A stretch of 64,000 bases of DNA from Limnothrix sp. BL-A-16 (GCA_041937175.2 CP166615.1:1696001-1760000); one strand, 5' to 3'. Counted from the stretch's first letter, positions 1-12,753 are shown. A program made the numbers and translations. The notes: generated from the letters alone by a model not told the origin.

Positions 1-204
1 GCCCACCTGAACTTGGTGGTTGGGGTGCAGGCGGTCTTGCTGCCCCAAACTTCCCAGGAGTTTGATTATTTGCAAAGTCAGGTGGGAGGCGTGGCGATCG
101 AGCTGGATCCGGTGCTGGGCGATCGGGCCCGGCAGCAGGTGGAAGCCATTTTGAATCACTATGCCGATCGGTTTGGCCCCTGGCGATCGCTCCCCACGAC
201 CTAA
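1..204 (+). CDS. 3' end of a hypothetical protein (starts before the window)
   Basis: Open frame from the window edge to TAA at 202-204; no family recognised. Confidence 0.5.
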   Translation, partial: AHLNLVVGVQAVLLPQTSQEFDYLQSQVGGVAIELDPVLGDRARQQVEAILNHYADRFGPWRSLPTT

Positions 205-364
205 GAGGATGTCTGCAAAGTCGAAACAGCAACCTTTTGGCTCTCATCAACCAGCGCTCTCATCAACCAGCAAGGACAAGCAACCAAGACAAGGGGCTTA
301 AGCCCCTTGCCCCAACGATGACCAGTGCTTTGTAAGTACCCCAATTTGCTTCTCAGACATTCCC
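205..364. mobile_element. MITE with IS1031(IS5)-like ends carrying a REP-like palindrome
   Basis: Left end GAGGATGTCTGCAAAG (205-220), right end CTTCTCAGACATTCCC (349-364); TAA flanks both sides (202-204, 365-367). Confidence 0.7.
287..313. repeat. REP-like palindrome AGACAAGGGGCTTAAGCCCCTTGCCCC
   Basis: Perfect palindrome CAAGGGGCTTAAGCCCCTTG; same family recurs at 41529, 48679, 58513, 58590 and 59305. Confidence 0.8.
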
Positions 365-486
365 TAACAAGTTGCGGGGATTAATCAACAGAATTTGCAG
401 GATCTCGGGGCCCCAACCGCTCTAGGATATTGAACGCTTCACCGCCATTTCAATTCGATTTTTTTACCTCGACTCGATCGCCTGCC

Positions 487-1770
487 ATGACTGCCATTCA
501 AGCCCTACGCGGAACCAAAGACATTTTGCCGACCGAAATCGGCTATTGGCAGCATGTGGAAGCCACCGCCCGCCAAGTGCTGGGCCGCGCCGCATTTCGG
601 GAAATTCGTACCCCCATCTTTGAGCAAACGGAGCTGTTTGCCCGGGGCATTGGGGAAGCAACGGATGTGGTGGGTAAGGAAATGTATACCTTCACTGATC
701 GGGGCGATCGCTCCTTGACCCTGCGGCCGGAAGGCACGGCGGGCGCAGTACGGGCCTTTGTGGAGCACAAGCTCTTTGCGGCTGGCGGCCCCCAGCGACT
801 GTGGTATTGCGGCCCCATGTTCCGGTACGAGCGGCCCCAGGCGGGTCGGCAGCGGCAGTTTCACCAAATTGGCGCGGAACTGTTGGGCAGTGGGGATGCG
901 CGGGCGGATGTGGAAGCGATCGCGGTGGCCGTGGAGCTGCTGAATTGCTTGGGGTTGAAATCCTTGCGGATGTTGCTGAATTCCGTGGGCGATCGGGTCG
1001 ATCGCGCCACCTACCGGGCCCAACTGGTGGACTACCTCACCCCCTATTTTGCGGATTTGGATCCGGATTCCCAAGATCGCCTCAATCGCAATCCCCTGCG
1101 AATCTTGGATAGCAAAGTGGCCAAAACCCAGGAAATTTGCCGGGAAGCCCCCAGCATTTTAGATGCCCTCTCGCCCGAGTCGGCCGCACGGTTCGCCAAG
1201 GTGCAACAGGCCCTGACGGATTTGGGCATTGCTTATCAGGTGGATTCACGACTGGTGCGGGGATTGGACTACTACAGCCACACGGCCTTTGAAATCCAGT
1301 CCGATGACTTGGGCGCACAGGCCACCGTTTGCGGCGGTGGTCGCTACGATGGCTTGGTGAGCGAGCTGGGGGGCCCGGAAACGCCGGCCGTGGGCTGGGC
1401 GATCGGGATGGAACGGTTGATTTTGCTGTTGCAGCAGTTGCAACCCTTGACGGGCGATCGGGTGGATTTTTACGTGGTTTCCCGGGGCGAACAGGCGGAA
1501 CAACAGGCCTTAAAAGTGGCCCAAGTGCTGCGTCAGGGAGGCTTTGCGGTGGAAATGGACTTGAGCGCCAGTGCTTTTGGGAAGCAATTCAAACGGGCCG
1601 ATCGTGCGGGAGCCGCCGCTTGCGTCATTTTGGGTGATGCGGAGGCCGAAAACGGCACGGTGCAGCTCAAATGGCTGGCTTCTGGGAATCAGGAGGCGAT
1701 CGCCCAAACGGACTTGGCGGCCAAGGCTGAACAGCTTCGTCAGCAGATCACCCAGCAAATTTCCCAGTAA
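487..1770 (+). CDS. hisS: Histidyl-tRNA synthetase
   Basis: RGTKD, LRPEGTAG, FRYERPQAGRQRQFHQ, VRGLDYY and GGGRYDGL motifs; ATG at 487. Confidence 0.97.
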   Translation: MTAIQALRGTKDILPTEIGYWQHVEATARQVLGRAAFREIRTPIFEQTELFARGIGEATDVVGKEMYTFTDRGDRSLTLRPEGTAGAVRAFVEHKLFAAGGPQRLWYCGPMFRYERPQAGRQRQFHQIGAELLGSGDARADVEAIAVAVELLNCLGLKSLRMLLNSVGDRVDRATYRAQLVDYLTPYFADLDPDSQDRLNRNPLRILDSKVAKTQEICREAPSILDALSPESAARFAKVQQALTDLGIAYQVDSRLVRGLDYYSHTAFEIQSDDLGAQATVCGGGRYDGLVSELGGPETPAVGWAIGMERLILLLQQLQPLTGDRVDFYVVSRGEQAEQQALKVAQVLRQGGFAVEMDLSASAFGKQFKRADRAGAAACVILGDAEAENGTVQLKWLASGNQEAIAQTDLAAKAEQLRQQITQQISQ

Positions 1771-1833
1771 ATTCCCCAATAAATCTGCAAAAGCACTGCA
1801 ACTGAGCCAAATCAGTGCTTATGTCTGATCTGC

Positions 1834-2667
1834 TTATGGCTGATCTTCAGGGGTGCGATCGGGAATGCGAGCCGCCGTGCGCAGGATTTGGCCCGCCAGG
1901 ATCGCCGCCCCGAAGCCATTGTCAATGTTCACCACTCCCACGCCCGCCGCGCAGGAGTTGAGCATCGTCAGCAGCGGGGCCAATCCGTCGAAGTTGGCCC
2001 CATAGCCCACGCTGGTGGGCACGGCCACCACCGGCACATCCACCAGCCCCGCCACCACACTGGGCAAGGCCCCTTCCATCCCCGCCACCACAATCAACAC
2101 GTCCGCCTGGGCCAGGCGATCGCGGTGGGCAAACAGCCGATGAATGCCCGCAATGCCCACATCCCAGAGCCGATCGACCCGAAATCCCATTAACTCAGCG
2201 GTCACCGCCGCCTCTTCCGCCACGGGTAAATCAGCCGTCCCCGCCGACACCAGGGCGATCGTGCCGGGTCGAAGTGGGCGACGCAGGGCGGCCGGCGACT
2301 GCCAAGCACAAATCCTCGCCAAGGCGTGGTAGTACAAATCCGGCACGATCGCGGCAATTTGGTCATAGGCCGCGCGATCGACCCGCGTCGCCAAAATCAC
2401 CGACGCGCCCCGATCGCGCATCGCCAACATAATTGCTGCAATCTGCTCCGGGGTCTTGTTTTGGCCCCAAATCGCCTCCGGGAACCCCGTGCGCCGTTCC
2501 CGTTGCCAGTCCACCTTGGCAAACCCTTCCACCGCAAAAAAACCCTGGTCTTGCAGGTTGGCCATGGCCTGGTCAGGAGCCACCCGCCCTGCGGCGACCG
2601 CCTCCAGCAACCGTTTCAAGTCCTCCATGGGTTCGCCCTGCTCCATCCTTGCCTTAACGTTTCCCAA
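1834..2667 (-). CDS. larB: LarB/CpmA family PurE-like protein
   Basis: RTGFPEAIWGQNKT, AGTADLPVAEEA, AGMEGALPSVV, VPTSVGYGA and VVNIDNGFGAA motifs; start codon uncertain. Confidence 0.88.
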   Translation of the reverse strand: MGNVKARMEQGEPMEDLKRLLEAVAAGRVAPDQAMANLQDQGFFAVEGFAKVDWQRERRTGFPEAIWGQNKTPEQIAAIMLAMRDRGASVILATRVDRAAYDQIAAIVPDLYYHALARICAWQSPAALRRPLRPGTIALVSAGTADLPVAEEAAVTAELMGFRVDRLWDVGIAGIHRLFAHRDRLAQADVLIVVAGMEGALPSVVAGLVDVPVVAVPTSVGYGANFDGLAPLLTMLNSCAAGVGVVNIDNGFGAAILAGQILRTAARIPDRTPEDQP

Positions 2668-2697
2668 ACTGCCCAGATTGTGCGGCCATCTTGGCTC

Positions 2698-3465
2698 CTA
2701 GAGATCCAGTTGCAAAATGGGCGATCGGGGATTGGCAATCGTTCTGGCGATCATTTCCGCCACCAATTCCGGTGCTTCCTGAATGCGTTGCCCCCCTTCC
2801 AGGGGCAAAAAAGCCTGTCGAGTGCGGGCCAGCCAAGCCGCGTGGGGCCCCTTGGCCGAACGCTCCCGATCGCGCCCGGTTTCGCGCACAGCCCGCAACG
2901 TCCAAACCGGACAAACCAGGCTATCCCAATTCTTCGTTTCCAGAATTTCGGCCCGAACCGTGCCCCATTCCAGATTGATCGGTAATTCAGGCGATCGAAC
3001 CGCTCGCTTCAGCAAGGATGGGGCCGCCGTTTGTCGCCTGCGACGGGGGGAACCCAACTGCGGCCACCGGAATCGTAATTGAGCGCCTTTCAGGGGTTGC
3101 TCCGGATCCACCAGCAACACCCCCAACACACGCTGGGGACGATAAAGGGCGTAGCTGATGGCAATCCAAGCGCCCAAGTCGGCTCCCAACAGCCACAGTC
3201 GATCAACCCGCAGCGCGTCCAACCACTCATCGATCGCCGCCAGCAACCCCGGCAACGACTCCCAGCGTGGCCGCCCCGACTCCCCCACTCCGGGCAAGTC
3301 CGGCGCAAGGCAATGGGTCGATCGCCCCAAGGCTTCCAAAAGTCCCTGCCATTGGCCGCCGTCATGGGCCGCCCCGTGCAAACAAACCACCGCCAGCGAG
3401 TTCGGCTTTCCCGCCTCTCGCCAAAACCAATCCCCTCGCGGCAGCCGCATTCGGGCATTACGCAC
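2698..3465 (-). CDS. Alpha/beta-fold hydrolase
   Basis: VVCLHG, APDLPGVGES and GADLGAWIA motifs (nucleophile elbow degenerate); start inferred at GTG 3465. Confidence 0.75.
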   Translation of the reverse strand: MRNARMRLPRGDWFWREAGKPNSLAVVCLHGAAHDGGQWQGLLEALGRSTHCLAPDLPGVGESGRPRWESLPGLLAAIDEWLDALRVDRLWLLGADLGAWIAISYALYRPQRVLGVLLVDPEQPLKGAQLRFRWPQLGSPRRRRQTAAPSLLKRAVRSPELPINLEWGTVRAEILETKNWDSLVCPVWTLRAVRETGRDRERSAKGPHAAWLARTRQAFLPLEGGQRIQEAPELVAEMIARTIANPRSPILQLDL

Positions 3466-3487
3466 CAGTTGAGCCGTTTCCTGGGGC

Positions 3488-3967
3488 TTAATCCACAACG
3501 GCTTGGCCTCTGAAATAATCCTGGACTTGTCTCGCATGATCGTGCGCCAACAACATCCCCCCGATCGAACCTGGCGCAAACAAGCCCACTTCTGCGATTT
3601 CCAGTTGATCCACCGGGGCGATCGCCCCGGTTACCTGCACTTCCACGGAAATGTTCACGGCATGGATTCGAGGGTCGCGGTCAAATGCCGAATAAACCCC
3701 CACTAACCGCCCCACTGCCACAACGGTGAGGCCCGTTTCCTCCGCCAACTCACGGTGAATGGTCGAAGCGATCGTGTCGCCCCAATCCACCAAACCACCG
3801 GGCAGCGACCAAAGGCCGTTATCTCGCCGCTTCACCAGCACGAACCGGCCATCCGGCATCACCGGAATCATCGTCACACCCACCAGGGGATGGCGAAACA
3901 CCACACCCAGAACTGTTTTGACATAGCGCCAAACTTGGGCCCAAGGACGAAAACCGGTCACGGCCAA
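3488..3967 (-). CDS. NUDIX hydrolase
   Basis: Nudix box GGLVDWGDTIASTIHRELAEETG. Confidence 0.9.
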   Translation of the reverse strand: MAVTGFRPWAQVWRYVKTVLGVVFRHPLVGVTMIPVMPDGRFVLVKRRDNGLWSLPGGLVDWGDTIASTIHRELAEETGLTVVAVGRLVGVYSAFDRDPRIHAVNISVEVQVTGAIAPVDQLEIAEVGLFAPGSIGGMLLAHDHARQVQDYFRGQAVVD

Positions 3968-3977
3968 ACTTCCCAGT

Positions 3978-4457
3978 TCATTCAGGGGATGCCAACGAGG
4001 TTGAGAGGTCAGCGAGAACCTGAGTTGGATGAATTTCAGGCTTCACTTTCCGATAGATTTGCTCAATCCTACCATCTACCCCAATAACGAAAGTCTGTCG
4101 GAAAACTCCGATATATTCTTTGCCCATGAATTTTTTCGGGCCATAGCTCTCATAGGCTGTGGCGACGGAACCGTCGAGATCACAGAGTAACGGAAAGGGA
4201 AGTGAAAATTTTTGAGTGAATTTCTGGTGAGCTTTTGCGTCATCTGTGCTGATACCCAGAATCACAGTGTTTGCTGCTTGAAATTCAGCGTGATGGTCGC
4301 GGAAACCGCAGGCCTCTTTGGTGCAACCGGGCGTGTTGTCCCGGGGATAAAAATAGAGCACCACCCGCTGGCCCCGCAGCGCCGACAGTTGCACAAGGTT
4401 GCCCTCGCCATCGGGCAAGGTGAAATCGGGGGCGAGATCGCCAACTGAAAGGGTCAT
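3978..4457 (-). CDS. bcp: Peroxiredoxin BCP/PrxQ
   Basis: YFYPRDNTPGCTKEACGFRD motif. Confidence 0.95.
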   Translation of the reverse strand: MTLSVGDLAPDFTLPDGEGNLVQLSALRGQRVVLYFYPRDNTPGCTKEACGFRDHHAEFQAANTVILGISTDDAKAHQKFTQKFSLPFPLLCDLDGSVATAYESYGPKKFMGKEYIGVFRQTFVIGVDGRIEQIYRKVKPEIHPTQVLADLSTSLASPE

Positions 4458-4500
4458 AGGCCAAAAAACTCACTGCAAGATGGATTTGGAAGCAACGGAG

Positions 4501-4554
4501 CTGAACTCAACCTGAATTCAACCTGAATTCAACCGAAATTCAACCGAAATTCAA
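4501..4554. repeat. 11-bp tandem repeat, about 5 copies
   Basis: CTGAATTCAAC / CGAAATTCAAC units in the intergenic region. Confidence 0.7.
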
Positions 4555-4659
4555 ATAGCCAATTCCATCGCAAAACAGCAAAACCCGATCGAGTCAGGCC
4601 AATCCCACAGCAGGGCAGCACCTGAACGAGATCGGGTTGCCAATTCGTTCATCAAGCCT

Positions 4660-5995
<1,336 letters not shown>

Positions 5996-6239
5996 TCAGC
6001 TTGCCTGAAGGGGCTGCCGCACGACCCTTGGGCGATCGGGCGATCAATAGCAGCAGTCTATTCGGGCCATTTTTGTAAGCTTTCTAAAAAAACCATTAAA
6101 CTCTTTATGGCTATCCAGTTATACTTATCGGGTCACCATTGGGCCATGACGCGCCAATGCTGCATCGCCCTCGCCCACGGTTTGTTTGCGCCCAACCGCT
6201 TGTTGATTCTCCAACGCCATTGCTTGGCCCCCTTCTGGC

Positions 6240-6635
6240 ATGACTGATCAAGATTGCAACCCGCTGACCCCTGAAGTTTTGACCTCGATCGCTGACTACT
6301 TCAAGGTGCTTTCGGAAGTGAGCCGCTTGCAGATTTTGTGTTGTTTGCGATCGGGGCCCATGAACGTGATGGAACTGACGGAAGCAACGGGTTTCAGTCA
6401 AGCCAACTTGTCCAAACACCTGAAGATTATGACCCAGGCGGGCATCTTGTCTCGGCAGCCCAAGGGCGTTAGCGCCTATTACGAAGTGGCGGATCCCAAG
6501 GTGTTTGTGCTTTGTCAGAGTGTTTGCGATGGCATTGGCGATCGACTGCGGCAACAGGCTCAACAATTCCAATTGGGCCCGACGGGAATGGGCGATCGAG
6601 CAGGGCGATCGGCCGCCCAAAGCCACCCCGGATGA
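6240..6635 (+). CDS. ArsR/SmtB family transcriptional regulator
   Basis: FKVLSEVSRLQIL...SQANLSKHLK winged HTH. Confidence 0.88.
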   Translation: MTDQDCNPLTPEVLTSIADYFKVLSEVSRLQILCCLRSGPMNVMELTEATGFSQANLSKHLKIMTQAGILSRQPKGVSAYYEVADPKVFVLCQSVCDGIGDRLRQQAQQFQLGPTGMGDRAGRSAAQSHPG

Positions 6636-6730
6636 TCGCGGCAATTGCGCCAGAGCAACTATTCAAGCGGCCATGAGTAGCGATTAAACAGGCCGTTAAC
6701 CGAATTCATCGATAGGAAATCACGGACTTT

Positions 6731-7450
6731 ATGGACGTGCAAGAACTGATTCAGCGCGGTGCAGCGGGTGAACAAAAATTCCATCTCATCCAAATGCGGG
6801 ATGTGGAATTAACCGCCATGAATTTCCAGGGCTTTGATTTTAAGCAAGCGGATTTTCGGCAAGCAAGATTAGGCAAAAGTAACCTCAGCCATTGCAATCT
6901 ACAACAGGCGGATCTCAGTGAATCCTTACTTTGGGGAACGAATTTACATGGAGCAAATTTGAGCGAGGCAACGCTGCGAGAGGCAGATTTAACGGGGGCA
7001 ATTTTGACGCAAACTTGCTTGAAGTTCGCCAACTTTTGCAAGGCAATTTTAAGCGGCGCGGATTTGGCGCGGGCAGATTTGCAAGGGGCCGTTTTATATG
7101 AAGCGGATTTTCGATCGACCCCCAATCACCACACCAATTTGCAGCACGCCAACTTTGCAGAAGCGGACTTGAGCTATGGCCAGCTCAGTGGGGCCCTGTT
7201 GCGCTATGTATCTTTGGAGGGGGCGAAGCTCTGTCGCGCCAATTTACGCCGTATTTCCGGCGCAACCCCTCTGATTACGGATCTAACCGGGGCCAATCTG
7301 AAGCGTGCTGACCTCAGCTATGCGGATCTGACGGGAGCGATTTTGCGGGATGCGGATTTGCGCGGGGCAGACTTGACAGGAACCCTGTTGGGACAAGCGG
7401 ATTTGCAGGGGGCAGCCCTACCGGATGGATTTGCGTTGCAGATGTCCTAG
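6731..7450 (+). CDS. Pentapeptide repeat protein
   Basis: Repeated A(D/N)Lxx units. Confidence 0.92.
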   Translation: MDVQELIQRGAAGEQKFHLIQMRDVELTAMNFQGFDFKQADFRQARLGKSNLSHCNLQQADLSESLLWGTNLHGANLSEATLREADLTGAILTQTCLKFANFCKAILSGADLARADLQGAVLYEADFRSTPNHHTNLQHANFAEADLSYGQLSGALLRYVSLEGAKLCRANLRRISGATPLITDLTGANLKRADLSYADLTGAILRDADLRGADLTGTLLGQADLQGAALPDGFALQMS

Positions 7451-7568
7451 GGGCGATCGCCTGATCAGGTCAATAGCTCGATCGGCTCCCTATCGTTCTG
7501 GCTGTTAAAGCCGCTCAAGATTGCCACCCACTGCCAGCGCTCATCTTTCAGCTATTGCTTCGGGAAAA

Positions 7569-8654
7569 TTAGAGATCATCCGTTTCCTCGATCGCCTGGT
7601 GCTGCAATCGGCGAGAGGTGCGGCGAAATCGTTTGCTATTCAACCGGGGTTCCAGGGCTTCGCGCCCGTCCCGCTGGATTTTGCGCTTAAAGGAGCTTTC
7701 GGTTTGGCGTTGGCGCTCTTGGGCCGCTTCGTAGGCGATCGCCTCCTCAAGCAACTCCAGGTAGAAAGGATATCGTTCCCAGTCGCCACGCACGGCACAG
7801 TCCGGCTCATTGCGGTGGCGACAATCCCCATAGCGACAGGGGGCGATCGCCAACCGTTGCTGAATTTCGGGAAATAGGGCCGGAATGGCGGCGGGGCCAC
7901 AGGTCAGTTGAGGCTGGTTGAATCCCGGCGTATCCGCCAGCAGGCCGCCACCCGGCAGCTCAAATAGCTCCACGTGGCGGGTGGTGTGGCGGCCGCGGGC
8001 TAATTTGCCAGAAACGGCAGCCGTTCGCAGATCTGTGCCAATTAAGGCCCCGATCGTGCTGGATTTGCCAACGCCGGACGGGCCCGCCACAACGGTTGTT
8101 TGCCCCGAAAGGGCCGCGTGCAGGGTTTGAAGCCCCTGTTGTTGATAAACACTAATCAGCAATGGGTCATAGCCCCAACTTCGCAGCCGATCGCGCCATT
8201 GTTGGCAGTCCGCCGCCGACAGCAAATCCCGTTTGTTCAAACAAAGGGTGACGGCTAAGCCCGTAGACTCCGCTTTCGCTAAGAATCGACTCAGTTGATG
8301 GGGATCCAAGGCGGGTTCCGCCAGGGCAAACACCAACAACACCCGATCCACATTGGCCACGGGCGGCCGATCGAGCCAACTGCGACGGGGTAAGACTTCT
8401 TCGATCGCCCCCCGTTGGCCTTGCCAGTCCGGTTCCACCACCACCACTCGATCGCCCACGGCCACTTGCTGACCCACCTTTTTCAGGCGGGCCCGCCGCA
8501 AACACAGCAACCGTTGAGTGGCGCAGGTGTCGGGAATGGGGGAGCCAGGGTCAAGCTGCACCCAGTAATAGTTGGCTTGCACGGCCAACACCGTGCCCGT
8601 TAACCGCTCGATCGCGATCGGCTCTGGGGTGGGAGTCGTCGCTGGCCCGGTCAT
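7569..8654 (-). CDS. rsgA: Ribosome small subunit-dependent GTPase A
   Basis: Circularly permuted NKRDL / GPSGVGKS / RHTTR / DTPGF motifs; C-terminal CxxxDCxHxxEPDC zinc site. Confidence 0.95.
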   Translation of the reverse strand: MTGPATTPTPEPIAIERLTGTVLAVQANYYWVQLDPGSPIPDTCATQRLLCLRRARLKKVGQQVAVGDRVVVVEPDWQGQRGAIEEVLPRRSWLDRPPVANVDRVLLVFALAEPALDPHQLSRFLAKAESTGLAVTLCLNKRDLLSAADCQQWRDRLRSWGYDPLLISVYQQQGLQTLHAALSGQTTVVAGPSGVGKSSTIGALIGTDLRTAAVSGKLARGRHTTRHVELFELPGGGLLADTPGFNQPQLTCGPAAIPALFPEIQQRLAIAPCRYGDCRHRNEPDCAVRGDWERYPFYLELLEEAIAYEAAQERQRQTESSFKRKIQRDGREALEPRLNSKRFRRTSRRLQHQAIEETDDL

Positions 8655-8935
8655 GACTCCGCAGCAGCAGCGGCCGGCTTGCGCACTTGCAGCACAAAGT
8701 GACCATCCGCCGCCTCGGGTTGGGGGCCCAAAAACTCGATCGCGTAGCCCGCCATGGTTAAACTATCGGGCACTTGCTCGATCGGCTCCCCCGCATCCAA
8801 CCACACCTCCAGTAGCGATCCAGCCGCCATCTGTTGCAGTTTCAACTTGGTGCGCACAAAGTTGATGGGGCAGGGTGTTCCCCGTAGATCAAGCCGTTCA
8901 TCCGGTTCCAGGGCGATCGCCGCCATCCTGTCCAC
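8651..8935 (-). CDS. TusA/SirA family sulfur carrier
   Basis: LDLRGTPCPINFVRTK motif. Confidence 0.9.
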   Translation of the reverse strand: MDRMAAIALEPDERLDLRGTPCPINFVRTKLKLQQMAAGSLLEVWLDAGEPIEQVPDSLTMAGYAIEFLGPQPEAADGHFVLQVRKPAAAAAES

Positions 8936-8950
8936 TCCCCTTCAAATCCT

Positions 8951-10089
8951 CTAATGGAACAAATTACCTAAAAAACCGCGGCCCCCCTTATGGGTTGAGT
9001 CGCCACGCAGGGCCGCCAGCTTTTCGAGAATTTCCCGTTCCTCATTGCTGATCCGCGTGGGAATTTCAATTTGCACCGTAATCAGATGATCGCCCCGCTG
9101 GCTGGGGTTCCCCAGGCGAGGCACGCCCTTGCCTTCCAGGGTTAACACCGTGCTGGGTTGGGTTCCGGCCGGAATTTCCAGCGCCTCCGTGCCATCGATC
9201 GTTTCCACCTCGATCGTGGCCCCCAAAATAGCCTGCAAATAGCTCACGGACAGTTCCGACAGAATATTGATGCCATCCCGTTGGAACTGTTCTTCCTCAT
9301 TCACAAACAGGTAAACGTAAAGATCCCCAGGCGGGCCGCCGGCCTTGCCTGCGTCGCCTTCGTTGGAAACCCGCAGTCGCGTGCCGTTGTCTACCCCTGC
9401 CGGGATGGAGATTTTAAGCTTTTTGGTAACCTGTTTGGTGCCGCGGCCGCCGCAGTCGGTGCATTTGTCCTCAATCACCTGACCCGTACCGTTACAGGTC
9501 GGGCAAACGGACACTTGTGCAAAACTGCCGAAGGGCGTGCGGGTGGCTCGGCGCACCTGGCCCGAACCGCCACAGGTGCCACAGGTTTTGGGGCTGGTTC
9601 CCGGCTTGGCTCCAGAACCGTTGCAGGTGTTGCAGGTTTCCAGATGGCTAATCCGGATTTCCTTTTCCCCTCCAAAGATGGCTTCCTTGAAGTCCAGGCG
9701 CAAATCTAGGCGGAGATCATCCCCACGCACCGGCCCGCTGCGTCGTCGGCCACCCCCTGGCCCCCGACCCCGCCGGTTCCGGCAAACCCCCCAAAGAAGG
9801 TCTCGAAAATGTCGGCGAAGCCCCCCATATCGCCCACACCAAAATCGCTGAAGCCTGGCCCCCCGGCGGCTCCCGACACACCGGCTTCACCAAAGCGATC
9901 ATACCGGGCCCGCATTTCTGGCTCCGAGAGCACTTCGTAGGCTCGGTTAATTTCCTTAAACCGCTCTTCTGCCCCCGCCTCTTTGTTCACGTCGGGGTGA
10001 TACTTCCGAGCTAACCGACGGTAGGCTCGCTTAATTTCGTCCTTATCTGCGTCGCGAGATACGCCGAGAGTCTCGTAGTAATCAGCCAT
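8951..10089 (-). CDS. dnaJ: Chaperone DnaJ, split by a 1-nt frameshift at about 9753-9757
   Basis: J domain (YHPD) in ORF 9706-10089; CxxCxGxG repeats and C-terminal domain in ORF 8951-9730; adding one G to the G5 run joins them as [18 protein letters not shown]. Confidence 0.93.
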
Positions 10090-10308
10090 AGCGCGATTTC
10101 AATCGGTGTGTGGGTGGTTAGGGGCAACTCCAACAGACGAAACTTAACAAAAGGGGGTGTAACGCTGCAACTGGCGAGGGGGCGTAATTGCCGTCTATGG
10201 ATCAGGGGGGTTACGAAGGCCCGTTTTTGCAGGTTGGCCTTGACGGTTGACTGTTGGAATAGGTCGGAGCTTGATCGGAAATTGATCGAGACTGGCGTGA
10301 TCGGGCGC

Positions 10309-12510
10309 TTAGTCCTCGATCGCCTCGTAGTCGGCCGCGATCGTGGAGTCATCGTATTCCGAATCGTCATCGTCCGGTAACTCAATGCCCAAATCCGTGA
10401 GGGCGATCGAGGCGATCGGGGACGGCGGATCCACACTCAATTCCGGCATCGCCAGGCTATTCCCATCCCCGTTGGCCAACAGGTTCACCGCAGGCGCAGC
10501 AGGGGTGACCGCCGGAACTGGGCTGGGGCTGGGGACGCTGACAGGCGCGGGACTGGCGGCCACGGGAGTCACGGGCGGCGGCGTGACCGGGGTGGGGGCA
10601 ATCGGGGGGGAGCTGAATGCTGAACTGGTCGGCCCCGTCACGGAAGGAGCGGGAGCGGGGGATGGGAATTGTGGGGAAGATGGGGGCTTGTTGGCAGCTT
10701 CCGAACTCTGATAAGCCCGTTTACCCACCGAGAGCAGGGATTCCTGAAGTGCATTGAACGCCGATTGCAAATCCTCAAAGCGTGCTTCTGGATCGCTATC
10801 CAATCGCCCAAGGGTGTCGGCCTGGGTTTTCAGCACTTGGCGCAACGAATCATCGATCAGATCGGCATTACTTTGGAGCGCCGATTCATAGCTATACATC
10901 AGGCCATCAATCTGGTTTTTCAGATCCACGCGCTGCCGTCGGCTGCGATCGAGATCTGCAAATCTTTCCGCATCCTGCCGCATCCGCTCCACTTCTTCCG
11001 TGGACAGGCCACCAGTATTGGTGATGCGAATACTTTGCCTTTGGCCCGTGCCCTTGTCCACGGCGGAGACCTTGAGGATCCCGTCAGCGTCGATTTCAAA
11101 GGAGACTTCGATTTGTGGCAGGCCGCGGGGGGCGGGGGGAATGCCGGTCAGCAGGAACCGGCCAAGGCTCTTGTTGTCGGCAACCATGGCCCGCTCCCCT
11201 TGGGCCACATGGATTTCCACGGAGGTTTGACCATCGATCGCGGTGGAAAAGACTTGCGATCGGCAGGTGGGAATCGGGGTGTTGCGATCGACAATCCGCG
11301 TAAACATGCCCCCCAGCGTTTCCAACCCCAAGGACAGGGGAGTCACATCTAGCAACAGCAGGTTTTGCACCTCGCCGCCCAAGACCCCCGCTTGGATGGC
11401 GGCCCCCAGGGCCACGGCCTCATCGGGGTTCACGGAGCGATCGGGCTGACGACCCGCAAACCGGGCACTGACAGCCTGTTGAACGGCGGGAATGCGGGTG
11501 GAACCACCGACCAAAATGATGCGATCGATCTGATCGGGCGAAAGACCCGAGTCCCGCATGGCTTGATCCACCGGGTCGAGCGTGGCCTGCACCAAGTGTG
11601 CCACCAGTTCTTCAAACTTGGTGCGGGTCAGCTCCATTTCCAAATTCTTCGGCCCCGTTTCGTCGGCGGTGATGAACGGCAGGTTCAGGGAGGTGGTGGG
11701 GGAGCCGGACAGTTCAATTTTGGCCCGCTCTGCCGCTTCTCGCAGGCGCTGGAGGGCCATCTTGTCTTCGAGCAGGTCAATGCCCTCGATCGCTTTGAAC
11801 TCTTCGATCGCCCAGCTAATGATGCAGTTATCAAAGTCATCGCCCCCCAGGTGGTTATTCCCGGCCGTGGCCTTCACTTCAAAAACCCCATCCCCCAGTT
11901 GCAGCACCGACACATCAAACGTGCCGCCGCCCAGGTCAAACACCAGCACCGCCCGATCGACATCCTGCTTATCCACGCCGTAGGCCAAAGCCGCCGCCGT
12001 TGGTTCATTCACGATCCGCAGCACTTCCAGCCCCGCAATCTGGCCCGCGTCTTTCGTGGCCTGGCGCTGGGCATCGGTGAAATAGGCAGGAACCGTAATC
12101 ACCGCTTGGGTGACCGCCTCCCCCAGGTAGGACTCCGCGTCCTGCTTCAGCTTGTTCAGCACCATGGCAGAAATCTGCTGGGGCGTGTAGGACTGGTCGC
12201 GAATTTTCACATCCACGGTCTCATCCCGTCCGGCCACGCAGGTGTAGGGCATGACGCGCCGCTCGGAATCGGTTTCGTTCCAGCGACGACCGATAAAGCG
12301 CTTAATGCTGAAAACCGTATTTTCGGCGTTGGTGACCGCTTGCCGTTTCGCCATTTCCCCTACAAGTCGTTCGCCTCCCTTGCCAAACCCGACGATGCTG
12401 GGCGTGGTGCGGGCCCCCTCCGAGTTGGGAATGACGATCGCTTGGCCGCCTTCCAGAACGGCGACGCAGCTATTGGTTGTGCCAAGATCGATCCCGATAA
12501 CTTTTCCCAT
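10309..12510 (-). CDS. dnaK: Chaperone DnaK with a Pro-rich, acidic C-terminal extension
   Basis: [17 protein letters not shown] and LVGGSTRIP motifs; ATG at 12510. Confidence 0.97.
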   Translation of the reverse strand: MGKVIGIDLGTTNSCVAVLEGGQAIVIPNSEGARTTPSIVGFGKGGERLVGEMAKRQAVTNAENTVFSIKRFIGRRWNETDSERRVMPYTCVAGRDETVDVKIRDQSYTPQQISAMVLNKLKQDAESYLGEAVTQAVITVPAYFTDAQRQATKDAGQIAGLEVLRIVNEPTAAALAYGVDKQDVDRAVLVFDLGGGTFDVSVLQLGDGVFEVKATAGNNHLGGDDFDNCIISWAIEEFKAIEGIDLLEDKMALQRLREAAERAKIELSGSPTTSLNLPFITADETGPKNLEMELTRTKFEELVAHLVQATLDPVDQAMRDSGLSPDQIDRIILVGGSTRIPAVQQAVSARFAGRQPDRSVNPDEAVALGAAIQAGVLGGEVQNLLLLDVTPLSLGLETLGGMFTRIVDRNTPIPTCRSQVFSTAIDGQTSVEIHVAQGERAMVADNKSLGRFLLTGIPPAPRGLPQIEVSFEIDADGILKVSAVDKGTGQRQSIRITNTGGLSTEEVERMRQDAERFADLDRSRRQRVDLKNQIDGLMYSYESALQSNADLIDDSLRQVLKTQADTLGRLDSDPEARFEDLQSAFNALQESLLSVGKRAYQSSEAANKPPSSPQFPSPAPAPSVTGPTSSAFSSPPIAPTPVTPPPVTPVAASPAPVSVPSPSPVPAVTPAAPAVNLLANGDGNSLAMPELSVDPPSPIASIALTDLGIELPDDDDSEYDDSTIAADYEAIED

Positions 12511-12663
12511 AGTTTTCAACTCAATGGCAGCAGCGGTTCGATCATCCCCAATAATTGCAAGATTGATCGATACCTGATCAATACCCAGGCAGTTTCCATC
12601 GGCCTTCATATTGACCGGTTTTTGGAACAAACGCACCGCAACCAGGCGATGGATGGTTCAAAA

Positions 12664-12753
12664 CTCAATTTCTAGAACTTAAATTTTTAGAACTTAACTT
12701 TCTAGAACTCAAATTTTTGAGAACCCCAACGGTCAGAACCCAAATTTCTAGAA
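12664..12753. repeat. Degenerate ~15-bp tandem repeat (AAATTTCTAGAACTY)
   Basis: Repeated TTT(C/T)TAGAACT units between grpE and dnaK. Confidence 0.6.

Noticed and set aside
11365..12675. 436-aa plus-strand ORF opposite dnaK
   Set aside because: Typical antisense ORF of dnaK caused by codon bias.
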